A program made the translations under genes and the position numbers. The notes beneath the pieces were generated by a model. The model saw only the letters and a list, made by a program, of their open reading frames with translations, did not search any database and was not told the origin of the DNA. A stretch of 64,000 nt of DNA, taken from a virus. The stretch spans positions 1-64,000 of IMG/VR virus record IMGVR_UViG_3300034374_007216; one strand, written 5' to 3'. This document shows, one piece after another, positions 28,576 through 36,546 of the stretch. How positions within the stretch are numbered: position 1 is the stretch's first letter; each line of letters opens with the position of its first letter.

Positions 28576-30453
28576 ATGAGTCGTGTTGCTGTCAAGAAAG
28601 GCAACGACGACATCGAGAAAGAATTAGCCGGAACTGTTGGTGGAGCGGCGGCTGGTAGGTTGGCTGGTGCGGCTATTGGTAGTATTGTACCGGGAGTAGG
28701 CACTGTTATTGGTGGTATGTTAGGTGGTGCTTTAGGAGCAAAAGTTGGAGATAAAATTACTGATGCGGCGGGTGTTGGAGGTCAAGCCCCAAGTAGTACA
28801 CAAAACTCGATGGCATCTTCATCAATGGCTACATCGGGTTCGGACAACACTCAAGCAGGTCAAGAAGACAACGCCGAACAATTATCCGCCCAACAATCAG
28901 CCGCTCAAAGAGCAGGTGGGGCGGCGATGGCAATAGGCCAACATTTTGCACAGCAACAACAAATGCAACAACAGAACAATCAACAAATGGCTGAAAAGGC
29001 TAAGCAAAATTCACAAATTCAAACAGGCGAGCCGATGGATATGTCATGGCGTTTGTTAAAAGATATTTATTTTAATCAATTATACAATAAACCAGAATAT
29101 GCTCAAGCAAGACAACAAATCATTGATGCGGCTATTGAAAACATGCAAAATGTTCAATATTCACCAGATACTCATGCAAGGATTCGTGCCGGATTTCCGG
29201 GGTATGAACCATCTCATACAATAAATGGTCGAAATTTTTATACAGATGAACTTGGTCAAGATATAGATGCTCGATACCCCGAAGATTACATGTATGACCA
29301 AGAACATAGTAACCAAAAAAGATTTCCCGGCATGGTTAATATTCCACCATATCATTTAATGGATGCTATGAAAAATTTTGTTGATTGGGAAAATATACCT
29401 TTAGTCACAGAAGGTGAAAAAGTAGGTCAAAAAAAAGATGTAGGAATTGAAAATCTATTTGGTATTGGTACACCATATAAACGACAAGAACCTTATCGTG
29501 GTGTTTTACAAGAAAGATTAGGAGGATTACCTTCTGTTAAAACATTTCTTGGTAGGGATATGAGATATAAACCAGAAAGTACAGAAAATATTCACCATAG
29601 TTATTTTATGCATCCTAATTTAGAGCGTGGGCAAAATTTGCTTGAAGCAAATATTGAAAGACAAAAAGAACAAAAACGATTAGCAGAAGAAGCAGAAGCA
29701 GAACAAAAACGATTAGCAGAAGAACAACGAATAAAAGATGAAAATAGAAAAAGACAACAAGCGATAAATAGAGAAACAAGGAAAAAGAAAAAATTAGCCG
29801 ATGAAGCAGGTTTAACTGTTGAAGAATGGGAAAAAGCAGAAGAAGAAAGAATAAAAAGAGAGAAAAAAGAAGAAAAAGCAAGAATAAAAGCAGAAAAAGA
29901 ACAAAAATTACAAGAAACAATTGCAGAAAACCAACGAATAATTCAAGCAAAAATTCAAGCAAAAATAGAACGAAACAAAAGAGAAGAAAATTTCCCAAAC
30001 GATGTTAATGAAGTTCCCGAAGATGTTTTAAATACAGAAGAAGGGCGTAAAATAGCATCTAAATGGGAAAGAATTGGAAATAGAGTTTATTATAATAAAA
30101 GTCCTGTTGAAGACATGACTGATATAAGAAATGCGTGGAACATAGATTGGAAAGAAAAAGTTCTTGCTGTTGCTGTTGGGCGTAAATTAGGTTATATTAA
30201 AAAATCCGAACCAATGGATTTGGCTTGGCAACTTCTTAAAAATGAACTACAACTTCCACTTCGCTTAGGAGAAAAAATTCGTGAAGATGTCATGGCACTT
30301 GACAGGCAACACAAAATAATGGACAATCCCGATGGCACGCTAATTCAAAACATTCATCCCGACATGGAAAATGTCGTTAAGTTGCTCACAAATATGGAAG
30401 CCGATAAACAACCTGTACCTACACGGCCTTCAAGACCTGCATACCTGTTTTGA
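28576..30453 (+). CDS. Modular protein with glycine-zipper N-terminus and two EPMD tags
   Basis: Gly-zipper GAAIGSIVPGVGTVIGG, tags GEPMDMSWRLLK and SEPMDLAWQLLK, and a charged coiled coil. Confidence 0.7.
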   Translation: MSRVAVKKGNDDIEKELAGTVGGAAAGRLAGAAIGSIVPGVGTVIGGMLGGALGAKVGDKITDAAGVGGQAPSSTQNSMASSSMATSGSDNTQAGQEDNAEQLSAQQSAAQRAGGAAMAIGQHFAQQQQMQQQNNQQMAEKAKQNSQIQTGEPMDMSWRLLKDIYFNQLYNKPEYAQARQQIIDAAIENMQNVQYSPDTHARIRAGFPGYEPSHTINGRNFYTDELGQDIDARYPEDYMYDQEHSNQKRFPGMVNIPPYHLMDAMKNFVDWENIPLVTEGEKVGQKKDVGIENLFGIGTPYKRQEPYRGVLQERLGGLPSVKTFLGRDMRYKPESTENIHHSYFMHPNLERGQNLLEANIERQKEQKRLAEEAEAEQKRLAEEQRIKDENRKRQQAINRETRKKKKLADEAGLTVEEWEKAEEERIKREKKEEKARIKAEKEQKLQETIAENQRIIQAKIQAKIERNKREENFPNDVNEVPEDVLNTEEGRKIASKWERIGNRVYYNKSPVEDMTDIRNAWNIDWKEKVLAVAVGRKLGYIKKSEPMDLAWQLLKNELQLPLRLGEKIREDVMALDRQHKIMDNPDGTLIQNIHPDMENVVKLLTNMEADKQPVPTRPSRPAYLF

Positions 30454-31255
30454 TTTCATCAACAATTGCTGATGAAATTTTTAGTTTCTCTTCATTTACG
30501 CCTGTTTCAAAACCCCACACATGAAGGTACTTCACAAGTTTTTCAGTTGAAATGTTTGCACCACTTTTTTCGGCAAAAGGACAACCACCAAGCCCTCCTA
30601 TGCTACTATCGAATTCAGTAATGCCGTAAAACAAACCGCTTTGAATTATTTTTATAGCCTTTTCTTCATCTCCTTTATGGTGCAAGTGCAACGCAGGTTT
30701 TATTTTCTCAGCAATTGAAATGCTTGCCATGTCTTTCACCTGCCAAATTTCACCGATGCCTACGGTGTCTGCAAACACAACCGTCGAGCCAAATAATTTT
30801 GCATCACGAATACAATTTTTCAATACTAAGTTTGTAACTTTACCGGTGTACGGAGAGCCAAACGCCATGCTAAGATACACTCGCACATTTTCTTTTGGCA
30901 CACCATTGAGCATCGTTTGATACATTTGCACAATTTCACTGCGAGTCTTTTTCATGTTTCGCATGTTAAATTCTTCACACGGTGAAAACACGATGTTGAA
31001 TTTTTCCGCCCCTGCCGCTTTTGCTCGGTCAAAGCCACGCTGATTCATGACAAGTACGCCGCCATGCTGAAACACCTGCTCCGCATCAGCCATCTGCGGA
31101 ACAAGTTTAGGGTGAGCGAAACTTACTTCTTCGACGCTCTCCAACCCCGCATCGTAAAGTGAATGGATAAGACGCACTTTAGTTTCAGTGTCAATAATTT
31201 GTTTGATATTTTGTAATCCATCTCTCGGACCTACTTCGTACACTGAAACACGCAT
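30419..31255 (-). CDS. hmgL: Hydroxymethylglutaryl-CoA lyase
   Basis: EVGPRDGLQN, ADTVG, HLH and GLGGCPFA...GANISTE motifs of the DRE-TIM HMG-CoA lyase family. Confidence 0.88.
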   Translation of the reverse strand: MRVSVYEVGPRDGLQNIKQIIDTETKVRLIHSLYDAGLESVEEVSFAHPKLVPQMADAEQVFQHGGVLVMNQRGFDRAKAAGAEKFNIVFSPCEEFNMRNMKKTRSEIVQMYQTMLNGVPKENVRVYLSMAFGSPYTGKVTNLVLKNCIRDAKLFGSTVVFADTVGIGEIWQVKDMASISIAEKIKPALHLHHKGDEEKAIKIIQSGLFYGITEFDSSIGGLGGCPFAEKSGANISTEKLVKYLHVWGFETGVNEEKLKISSAIVDEIKTGMQVLKAV

Positions 31256-31285
31256 GGAATCATGAATGCTGTCGAAGTTTTAAAT

Positions 31286-31966
31286 TTATCTTCTTGAGTG
31301 GTATTGACTACCCATTCTTTGCATCATTCTGTTTCTTTGGGAGTTTGGACCGCCGCCTCGTCTTGGTCGTACTTGGACTTTTGGTGTTGTTTGAATTGGC
31401 TTGAAAACATCTCTTCGTGGTGCAGGTGGTTTGGGCGTTGGTCGTGCGGGGTTTGCTTGAGGGAATCTTGGTTGTTCTATTCTTGCAGGGCCTTCGGGGT
31501 CATATGTTGGTACATCTTCGACCATCCCCATTCCGCCCATTGGCGACCAACTTCTTTCTTGATTTACTTCACTCATAGGAGTTTCATCATCCCTTGCATA
31601 CTCTTGCACAGTGCCATCCCATAGCACTTTATCATTATAATGTGCTGGATGTAAAGGGTCATAGGGTAAAGTTTGGAACATTTCCCAATCTTCAACGGGT
31701 TGAATACCTCGACGCTGATTTATTTTTTGTGCCGCAATCAAACGGTTTGCGTCGCTTTGATTACCTGTATTACCCAAATAACTTAACGAAGGAGCGGAGT
31801 GAATTTGAGCACCTGTAGGAGTCATGCCCTGTTCTTCGTATGCTTGTCGGTAATCGGCCATACGCTCCGGTGTCATACGCAACCCACCCGCTCTTGCGGC
31901 GTGTTGTAGGTCTTCACGACTAAGGGCTTTGAGAAGTTCCCATGCTTGATTAAAAGCACTCGCCAT
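31286..31966 (-). CDS. Hypothetical protein with N-terminal tag
   Basis: Starts MASAFNQAWELLKA, with a TATA-like box ~25 bp upstream. Confidence 0.65.
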   Translation of the reverse strand: MASAFNQAWELLKALSREDLQHAARAGGLRMTPERMADYRQAYEEQGMTPTGAQIHSAPSLSYLGNTGNQSDANRLIAAQKINQRRGIQPVEDWEMFQTLPYDPLHPAHYNDKVLWDGTVQEYARDDETPMSEVNQERSWSPMGGMGMVEDVPTYDPEGPARIEQPRFPQANPARPTPKPPAPRRDVFKPIQTTPKVQVRPRRGGGPNSQRNRMMQRMGSQYHSRR

Positions 31967-31998
31967 GCAAGTCGTACGAACATTTAGCATATAAAAAT

Positions 31999-32679
31999 TT
32001 AGAAATCTGTAAGTGATGTTTGCTTTGACGGGTCAAAGGGCTTAGATTTGTTACGAGTTCGGTCCATAAACGGATAAGCACCAATGTCATATTCTTTCAA
32101 TGGACTGTTTTCTGCGTAAGGAATTTCGGGTTCGTATAAAAATGAACTTGCTTCATGAATAGAATTATCATCGGGCCTTAAATTAGAAAAACTTAATCTA
32201 ACACCGGGTGGTAAATTTTGCATAAATTTTTCATGAAAGGAATGTGATTTTTCATTTCTGTTGTCGGATTCAATGTTATAACCTCTTGCTAAAATAGCAC
32301 GAATTAATTTGTCGTAATATCCTTGCCTTCTATAATTTGAATTTGTAAATCCTTGAAAATTTCGTAATGTGTTTTCACCTAAATCAACATCGGAAAGACC
32401 TGTAATAAAATGTTTATATTCTGGTGTTGCTAAATAAAAACCTGTTTGTCCATAATCGTTAAGATTTCTAACCAAAAGATTTGGGCGTGGCAAATAAATT
32501 TCCGGCTCTCTAAACGCCCATTCACCTTCCGAATCAGCCCAATCAATTACTTCTCCGGTGTTTGGGTCGAACCGTTTTTGACTAAACAATCCGGCGATTT
32601 GAGCCATAGTATTTTTATTGCTTAGTTGAGAAAATGGCGACTTAAGCAAGTTCCACGCTTGCTCAAACGGGGTCGCCAT
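31999..32679 (-). CDS. GNAT-like protein with N-terminal tag
   Basis: Starts MATPFEQAWNLLKS. Motif A-like YRRQGYYDKLI and NEKSHSFHEK. Confidence 0.6.
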   Translation of the reverse strand: MATPFEQAWNLLKSPFSQLSNKNTMAQIAGLFSQKRFDPNTGEVIDWADSEGEWAFREPEIYLPRPNLLVRNLNDYGQTGFYLATPEYKHFITGLSDVDLGENTLRNFQGFTNSNYRRQGYYDKLIRAILARGYNIESDNRNEKSHSFHEKFMQNLPPGVRLSFSNLRPDDNSIHEASSFLYEPEIPYAENSPLKEYDIGAYPFMDRTRNKSKPFDPSKQTSLTDF

Positions 32680-33177
32680 AGCACAGGTATGAAGATTTTT
32701 TATTTTAAATTTTTTTTGGGAAGGCGTTTCATGATTTTTTGTCCGAGAGGTGTATGCGACTAAAAGAAGTGCTATGGGATAGCACTTTGCTATGCCTCCT
32801 TCTAAGGCGTGCTATGGGGTCTGTGCTATGGGGTGGTGGCTTGCAGTACCCCACTCTATAGACCGTTGTACTGCTTTGTGCTATGGCCTCAGCCCCTCCC
32901 GTCGTGCGTGCATGGGGCGTAGGGGCAGGGGCGTAGTGCGTCGTTCTATAGAGCCACCACCGTTGCACGCAAGCGTGTGCGTCTATGCAATTTGCATACG
33001 CCCTCCGCCCTAACCCCTATCCCATATACACCCGTAAAACGCAATCCCCCATGAATAGCGACCATTGACCCCAACCCATATGGGTGCGTTATGCACCTGC
33101 TTCACTGTGCTTTGTGCTTTGTGCTATGTGCATACGCTACATCATGCGTGAGGCAAAATCGGTGTATGGCATTGATT

Positions 33178-33199
33178 AGTATATAAACTAACTAAGAAA
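33178..33199 (+). promoter_or_regulatory. Conserved early promoter motif copy
   Basis: agtatataaactaactaagaaa, one mismatch to consensus. Confidence 0.75.
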
Positions 33200-33219
33200 T
33201 AGCAGGTCGGTGAAAAACC

Positions 33220-34062
33220 ATGAGCAAATACATGAAGCCCATAGACACAAGCCCAATAAACAGACAAGACGCATACGCAGTGCAACACAGCGTATGTGCA
33301 AACCGCATCAGCGAGTTCCTTGCGAGCAGGAGTGCAGAAGTATCTCTTCCGTACACTCGTGAGAGCGTACTCGCAGGTGTACCAACCTTCGCAACCAACT
33401 ACGAGCACGCTACCTTCACACAAGCAGAAATCCTTGTGTTCGCAAACCAATGCTTTGAGCATGTGCAAGCATACGGAACAGTTGCAGTGAAAGACCAAGT
33501 GCCTTCATATACGAGCACTGCGAAAGACTTCGCCAAAATGTTCGCCCTCACATACAAAGTGAGCAAGGGTGCAAATGAAGGTCAAGTACGCAACGGTGTT
33601 TTCCAAGCCCTTGCACAGTACCGACGAGCCATGAAGTCTGCACAAGCGAAAGACGAACTCAACACCTCACTCAATGCAGGTGTAGGATGGTTCGCTGATG
33701 GTGTCGTTGATGCAAACGGCGTTGCACGACCATACGCTGACGAATCTAAGGCTCGCAAAGCATGGGTACGCAAGCATATCGGTGAAGATTGGTGGGTTGG
33801 CCGTACTAAAGCGGACAAGCAATCACTCCTCGCAACCGCTAAAGTGTACAAGCAAGCCAATGCACTCGGCAAATCCGAGCAAGCACCTGCAAACACCTAC
33901 ACAATCCAAGCCGTCGAGAAAGCACATCACTCAACCATCAAGCGTATTGCTCGTGATATGAGTGGCGGCACGACCTTTGCAAGCAAGGACAAAGCGTTGC
34001 AGTACATCACTGACAACATCGCTCAATTCTATGCACTCGACTTGAGTGCATACAACCTTTGA
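33220..34062 (+). CDS. Hypothetical early protein
   Basis: 280 aa, with promoter motif and GGTGA SD upstream and hairpins downstream. Confidence 0.75.
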   Translation: MSKYMKPIDTSPINRQDAYAVQHSVCANRISEFLASRSAEVSLPYTRESVLAGVPTFATNYEHATFTQAEILVFANQCFEHVQAYGTVAVKDQVPSYTSTAKDFAKMFALTYKVSKGANEGQVRNGVFQALAQYRRAMKSAQAKDELNTSLNAGVGWFADGVVDANGVARPYADESKARKAWVRKHIGEDWWVGRTKADKQSLLATAKVYKQANALGKSEQAPANTYTIQAVEKAHHSTIKRIARDMSGGTTFASKDKALQYITDNIAQFYALDLSAYNL

Positions 34063-34126
34063 GTAGGCTCGCAGTAGTCCGTTTTCCTGACCCACTCACC
34101 CGTTGAGTGTTCTCATACGAGTTGTT

Positions 34127-34199
34127 GAGTGCATGAGGGCTTCGGCCCTCATGTACTCCCCTTTGGGCGTGGTCGCATAGGCGACCACGCCCTTTTTTT
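34127..34199 (+). terminator. Tandem hairpins, the second with a T7 tail
   Basis: gagtgcatgagggc-ttcg-gccctcatgtactc, then gggcgtggtcgc-atag-gcgaccacgccc-ttttttt. Confidence 0.75.
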
Positions 34200-34474
34200 A
34201 TTTTCAAAATCCTCATAGCACGACGGGTCGTGGGTGCTGTCGCCACGCTACGCCCGAACAAAAAGTTCAGCCTTGCGTGTTAATGCGACGCACCCATATG
34301 GGTTGGACTCTTCACGCATCTTGATTAATTCCGCATCGTGAAGATATTCATTTGAACAATTCCACATCGGGAGGGGTGTGCAATTGCACAATCCCGCATT
34401 ATATATTTGAGCATCCGAATAATATGGGTGTGGGTATTTGCTCATCGCCTTGACTTTTAGAGCGACCTAAGATA

Positions 34475-34516
34475 CGAACATGTTCGATTAGTCTGTATTG
34501 GTATCGAACATGTTCG
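34475..34516. promoter_or_regulatory. Paired palindromes CGAACATGTTCG (putative operator)
   Basis: Identical 12-bp palindromes at 34475 and 34505. Confidence 0.5.
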
Positions 34517-34560
34517 CCTTTAGTCATATCTTGCGTCAAGCAAACCGTGATACTGCGAGC

Positions 34561-34798
34561 CACTTTATTCACTATGTTCAAAACCCACTTCACTCATTTG
34601 ACTATTCGCTTTAGTCATAGTCATGATACCCCTACACTTCATAGCGAAAATGCCCCACGCTTTATTCACTTTATCATAGGTACTACAATTAATAATAATA
34701 TATATTATAGAGTATATGAATAAAGTGAATATTCCTGTACGGCCAAACTGCTTTAGTCAAACGGGTGAATAAAGTTTTGAATAAAGTGAATAAAGTGA
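34561..34798. repeat. Origin-like element 2
   Basis: 34764-34798 is identical to 25691-25725 (35 bp). Degenerate left arm at 34561 and AT-rich core at ~34685-34720. Confidence 0.75.
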
Positions 34799-34904
34799 TA
34801 CAAATGACACACACCTAAACGCAACACTGCGAGCCTGTCAAGACTGACCAAGCCTTGCACAACATAACAACCTGCGGTGAATAAAAAGGCCACTGAAATT
34901 GATT

Positions 34905-34926
34905 AGTATTTAAACTAACTAAGAAA
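34905..34926 (+). promoter_or_regulatory. Conserved early promoter motif copy
   Basis: agtatttaaactaactaagaaa. Confidence 0.8.
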
Positions 34927-34937
34927 GTTTTGAGCCG

Positions 34938-35261
34938 ATGAAAACCGAAAACATCAATCCCCTAAACCTAAACCCACAACAGTTGAACATACAGATGGCA
35001 CACATACTACAGAAGTATGGCTTCGATGCAGTGCATGACAGACTACACGCAGTAGGTGGTCGAATGATTATAGGCTCACCTGTTGTCAATCGCACTCACA
35101 TTAACAACCTTGCTCATGTGTCCATTGAACTTATCTTCGATGTGTATAACATGAACACCACCATTCGTATGCTTGAATGGGCAAACGACAACGGCATGAC
35201 CGTGGACTTTTGGAACAACAAGAACGGAATCCTTCACGATGTACGAGAGGTGGTCGCATGA
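34938..35261 (+). CDS. Hypothetical protein
   Basis: 107 aa directly after the promoter motif. Confidence 0.65.
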   Translation: MKTENINPLNLNPQQLNIQMAHILQKYGFDAVHDRLHAVGGRMIIGSPVVNRTHINNLAHVSIELIFDVYNMNTTIRMLEWANDNGMTVDFWNNKNGILHDVREVVA

Positions 35262-35473
35262 TTGGGCCTGTCGCATGGGAAGAACTGCATTGCCGACCAC
35301 CTGCTACACCACAGAAGTTTCTTGAGATTGAGTACAAAGGACAGTTGTACAAATACGATGTTGCGAGTGCAGTGTGGTTGTTCGATTACTACCAACAGTT
35401 TCGTACATGGTGCGAAGAAGATGTACGCAACAACAACGGTGAATACGCAGACGAGATTGAGGTGATTGCTTGA
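35258..35473 (+). CDS. Hypothetical protein
   Basis: ATGA-coupled start MIGPV, ends EIEVIA. Confidence 0.55.
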   Translation: MIGPVAWEELHCRPPATPQKFLEIEYKGQLYKYDVASAVWLFDYYQQFRTWCEEDVRNNNGEYADEIEVIA

Positions 35474-35592
35474 ACCACGATACATTACTAAAATCCTATA
35501 TGAATGAATGTCTTAAACAATGTAAAGTGCCGACATGGGAAGGGTGGACTGAATTAAAACGATTGCATGAGGAGATTGAGGTGATTGCTTGA
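35470..35592 (+). CDS. Small hypothetical protein (40 aa)
   Basis: Read manually. TTG start lies in the junction repeat, and it ends EIEVIA in the next junction repeat. Confidence 0.5.
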   Translation: MNHDTLLKSYMNECLKQCKVPTWEGWTELKRLHEEIEVIA

Positions 35593-35876
35593 CAGAAGAA
35601 TACGAATACCCCGATGACTTAGACGAATGGGATTACCCACAGTGGCACGAAGACTTGTACGAAACACTACAACAATTCGGCTTGGCAGACAAGCCTCGAT
35701 TACTCTTAGGGTTGGAACGAATCATGCGAGCACATATCAACAACGCAGATGCTTCACAACTTTCAAGACTACGACAAGAGAACACAGTGCTACAATCAAA
35801 ATTACAGAATGCGAATGAGCAATTCAAACTTTTGTACACAGAAATTTACATGAAACATGATGGGGTGATTGCTTGA
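35589..35876 (+). CDS. Hypothetical coiled-coil protein
   Basis: TTG start after GAGGTGA SD. Confidence 0.6.
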   Translation: MTEEYEYPDDLDEWDYPQWHEDLYETLQQFGLADKPRLLLGLERIMRAHINNADASQLSRLRQENTVLQSKLQNANEQFKLLYTEIYMKHDGVIA

Positions 35877-36118
35877 GCCGTGATGTCCACTGCACAACAT
35901 GCGTTGATTGGTACAACCCTGTACCCTACGACGAAGACGAAGGTGAGAACTCCGAGCCTATCGCTTTCAGCAAACGCCCATGTCAAATGGACATGAGTGA
36001 ATGGTGTCACTTCGCAGGTGAACGACACATCATACACATAGTAAATGATAACTTACTTACACACATGGAAGTATGCACCGACTGTTATATGAAACATGAA
36101 GGAGTGTATGAACAATGA
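35873..36118 (+). CDS. Small Cys-rich protein
   Basis: Two CxxC motifs, coupled start. Confidence 0.55.
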   Translation: MSRDVHCTTCVDWYNPVPYDEDEGENSEPIAFSKRPCQMDMSEWCHFAGERHIIHIVNDNLLTHMEVCTDCYMKHEGVYEQ

Positions 36119-36386
36119 ACAACCATCAAAGGATTCTAAACAGAATCAAAGAATTGGCACAAGAAATAAAGAACGAACCATATACAAAGTCGTGTATGGA
36201 AGGCGACCGTGTAGGCTGGATTAGTGGTGAAGCACTTCTTGACATAATTCAAGAATTTGAAGAAATTTACTTGAGTTGAGGGGTGAAGAATGAACAACAT
36301 CGAAACAAGACACGGACTCGCAACACCTGTTGTTGCATACGAAACTGATGGGCAACTTACCATCGTACTAATGATTGAGGATGAAT

Positions 36387-36408
36387 AGTATTTAAACTAA
36401 CTAAGAAA
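36387..36408 (+). promoter_or_regulatory. Conserved early promoter motif copy
   Basis: agtatttaaactaactaagaaa followed by ggagATG of a 42-aa ORF (36416-36544). Confidence 0.8.
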
Positions 36409-36546
36409 AATGGAGATGAATTATATGAACAGGAATGAATGGATAAAAAGACATGAACAAATGAGCAAAGATGAACTGCTTGTACTTGCGTACAGGTTGA
36501 GCATACAACATGAAGAATGGAGAAAGAAAGCACAGGAGGAATAAAT

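Noticed and set aside
29667-29724. 25-bp near-tandem repeat
   Set aside because: Simple coding duplication (EQKRLAEE) in a coiled coil.
32729-33013. Short ORFs at the strand switch
   Set aside because: No SD, atypical composition and overlap on both strands. Likely spurious.
34475-34516. Firmicute-type LexA (GAAC-N4-GTTC) box
   Set aside because: Spacer is N2 not N4, and the host is inferred to be archaeal. Kept only as a generic palindrome.
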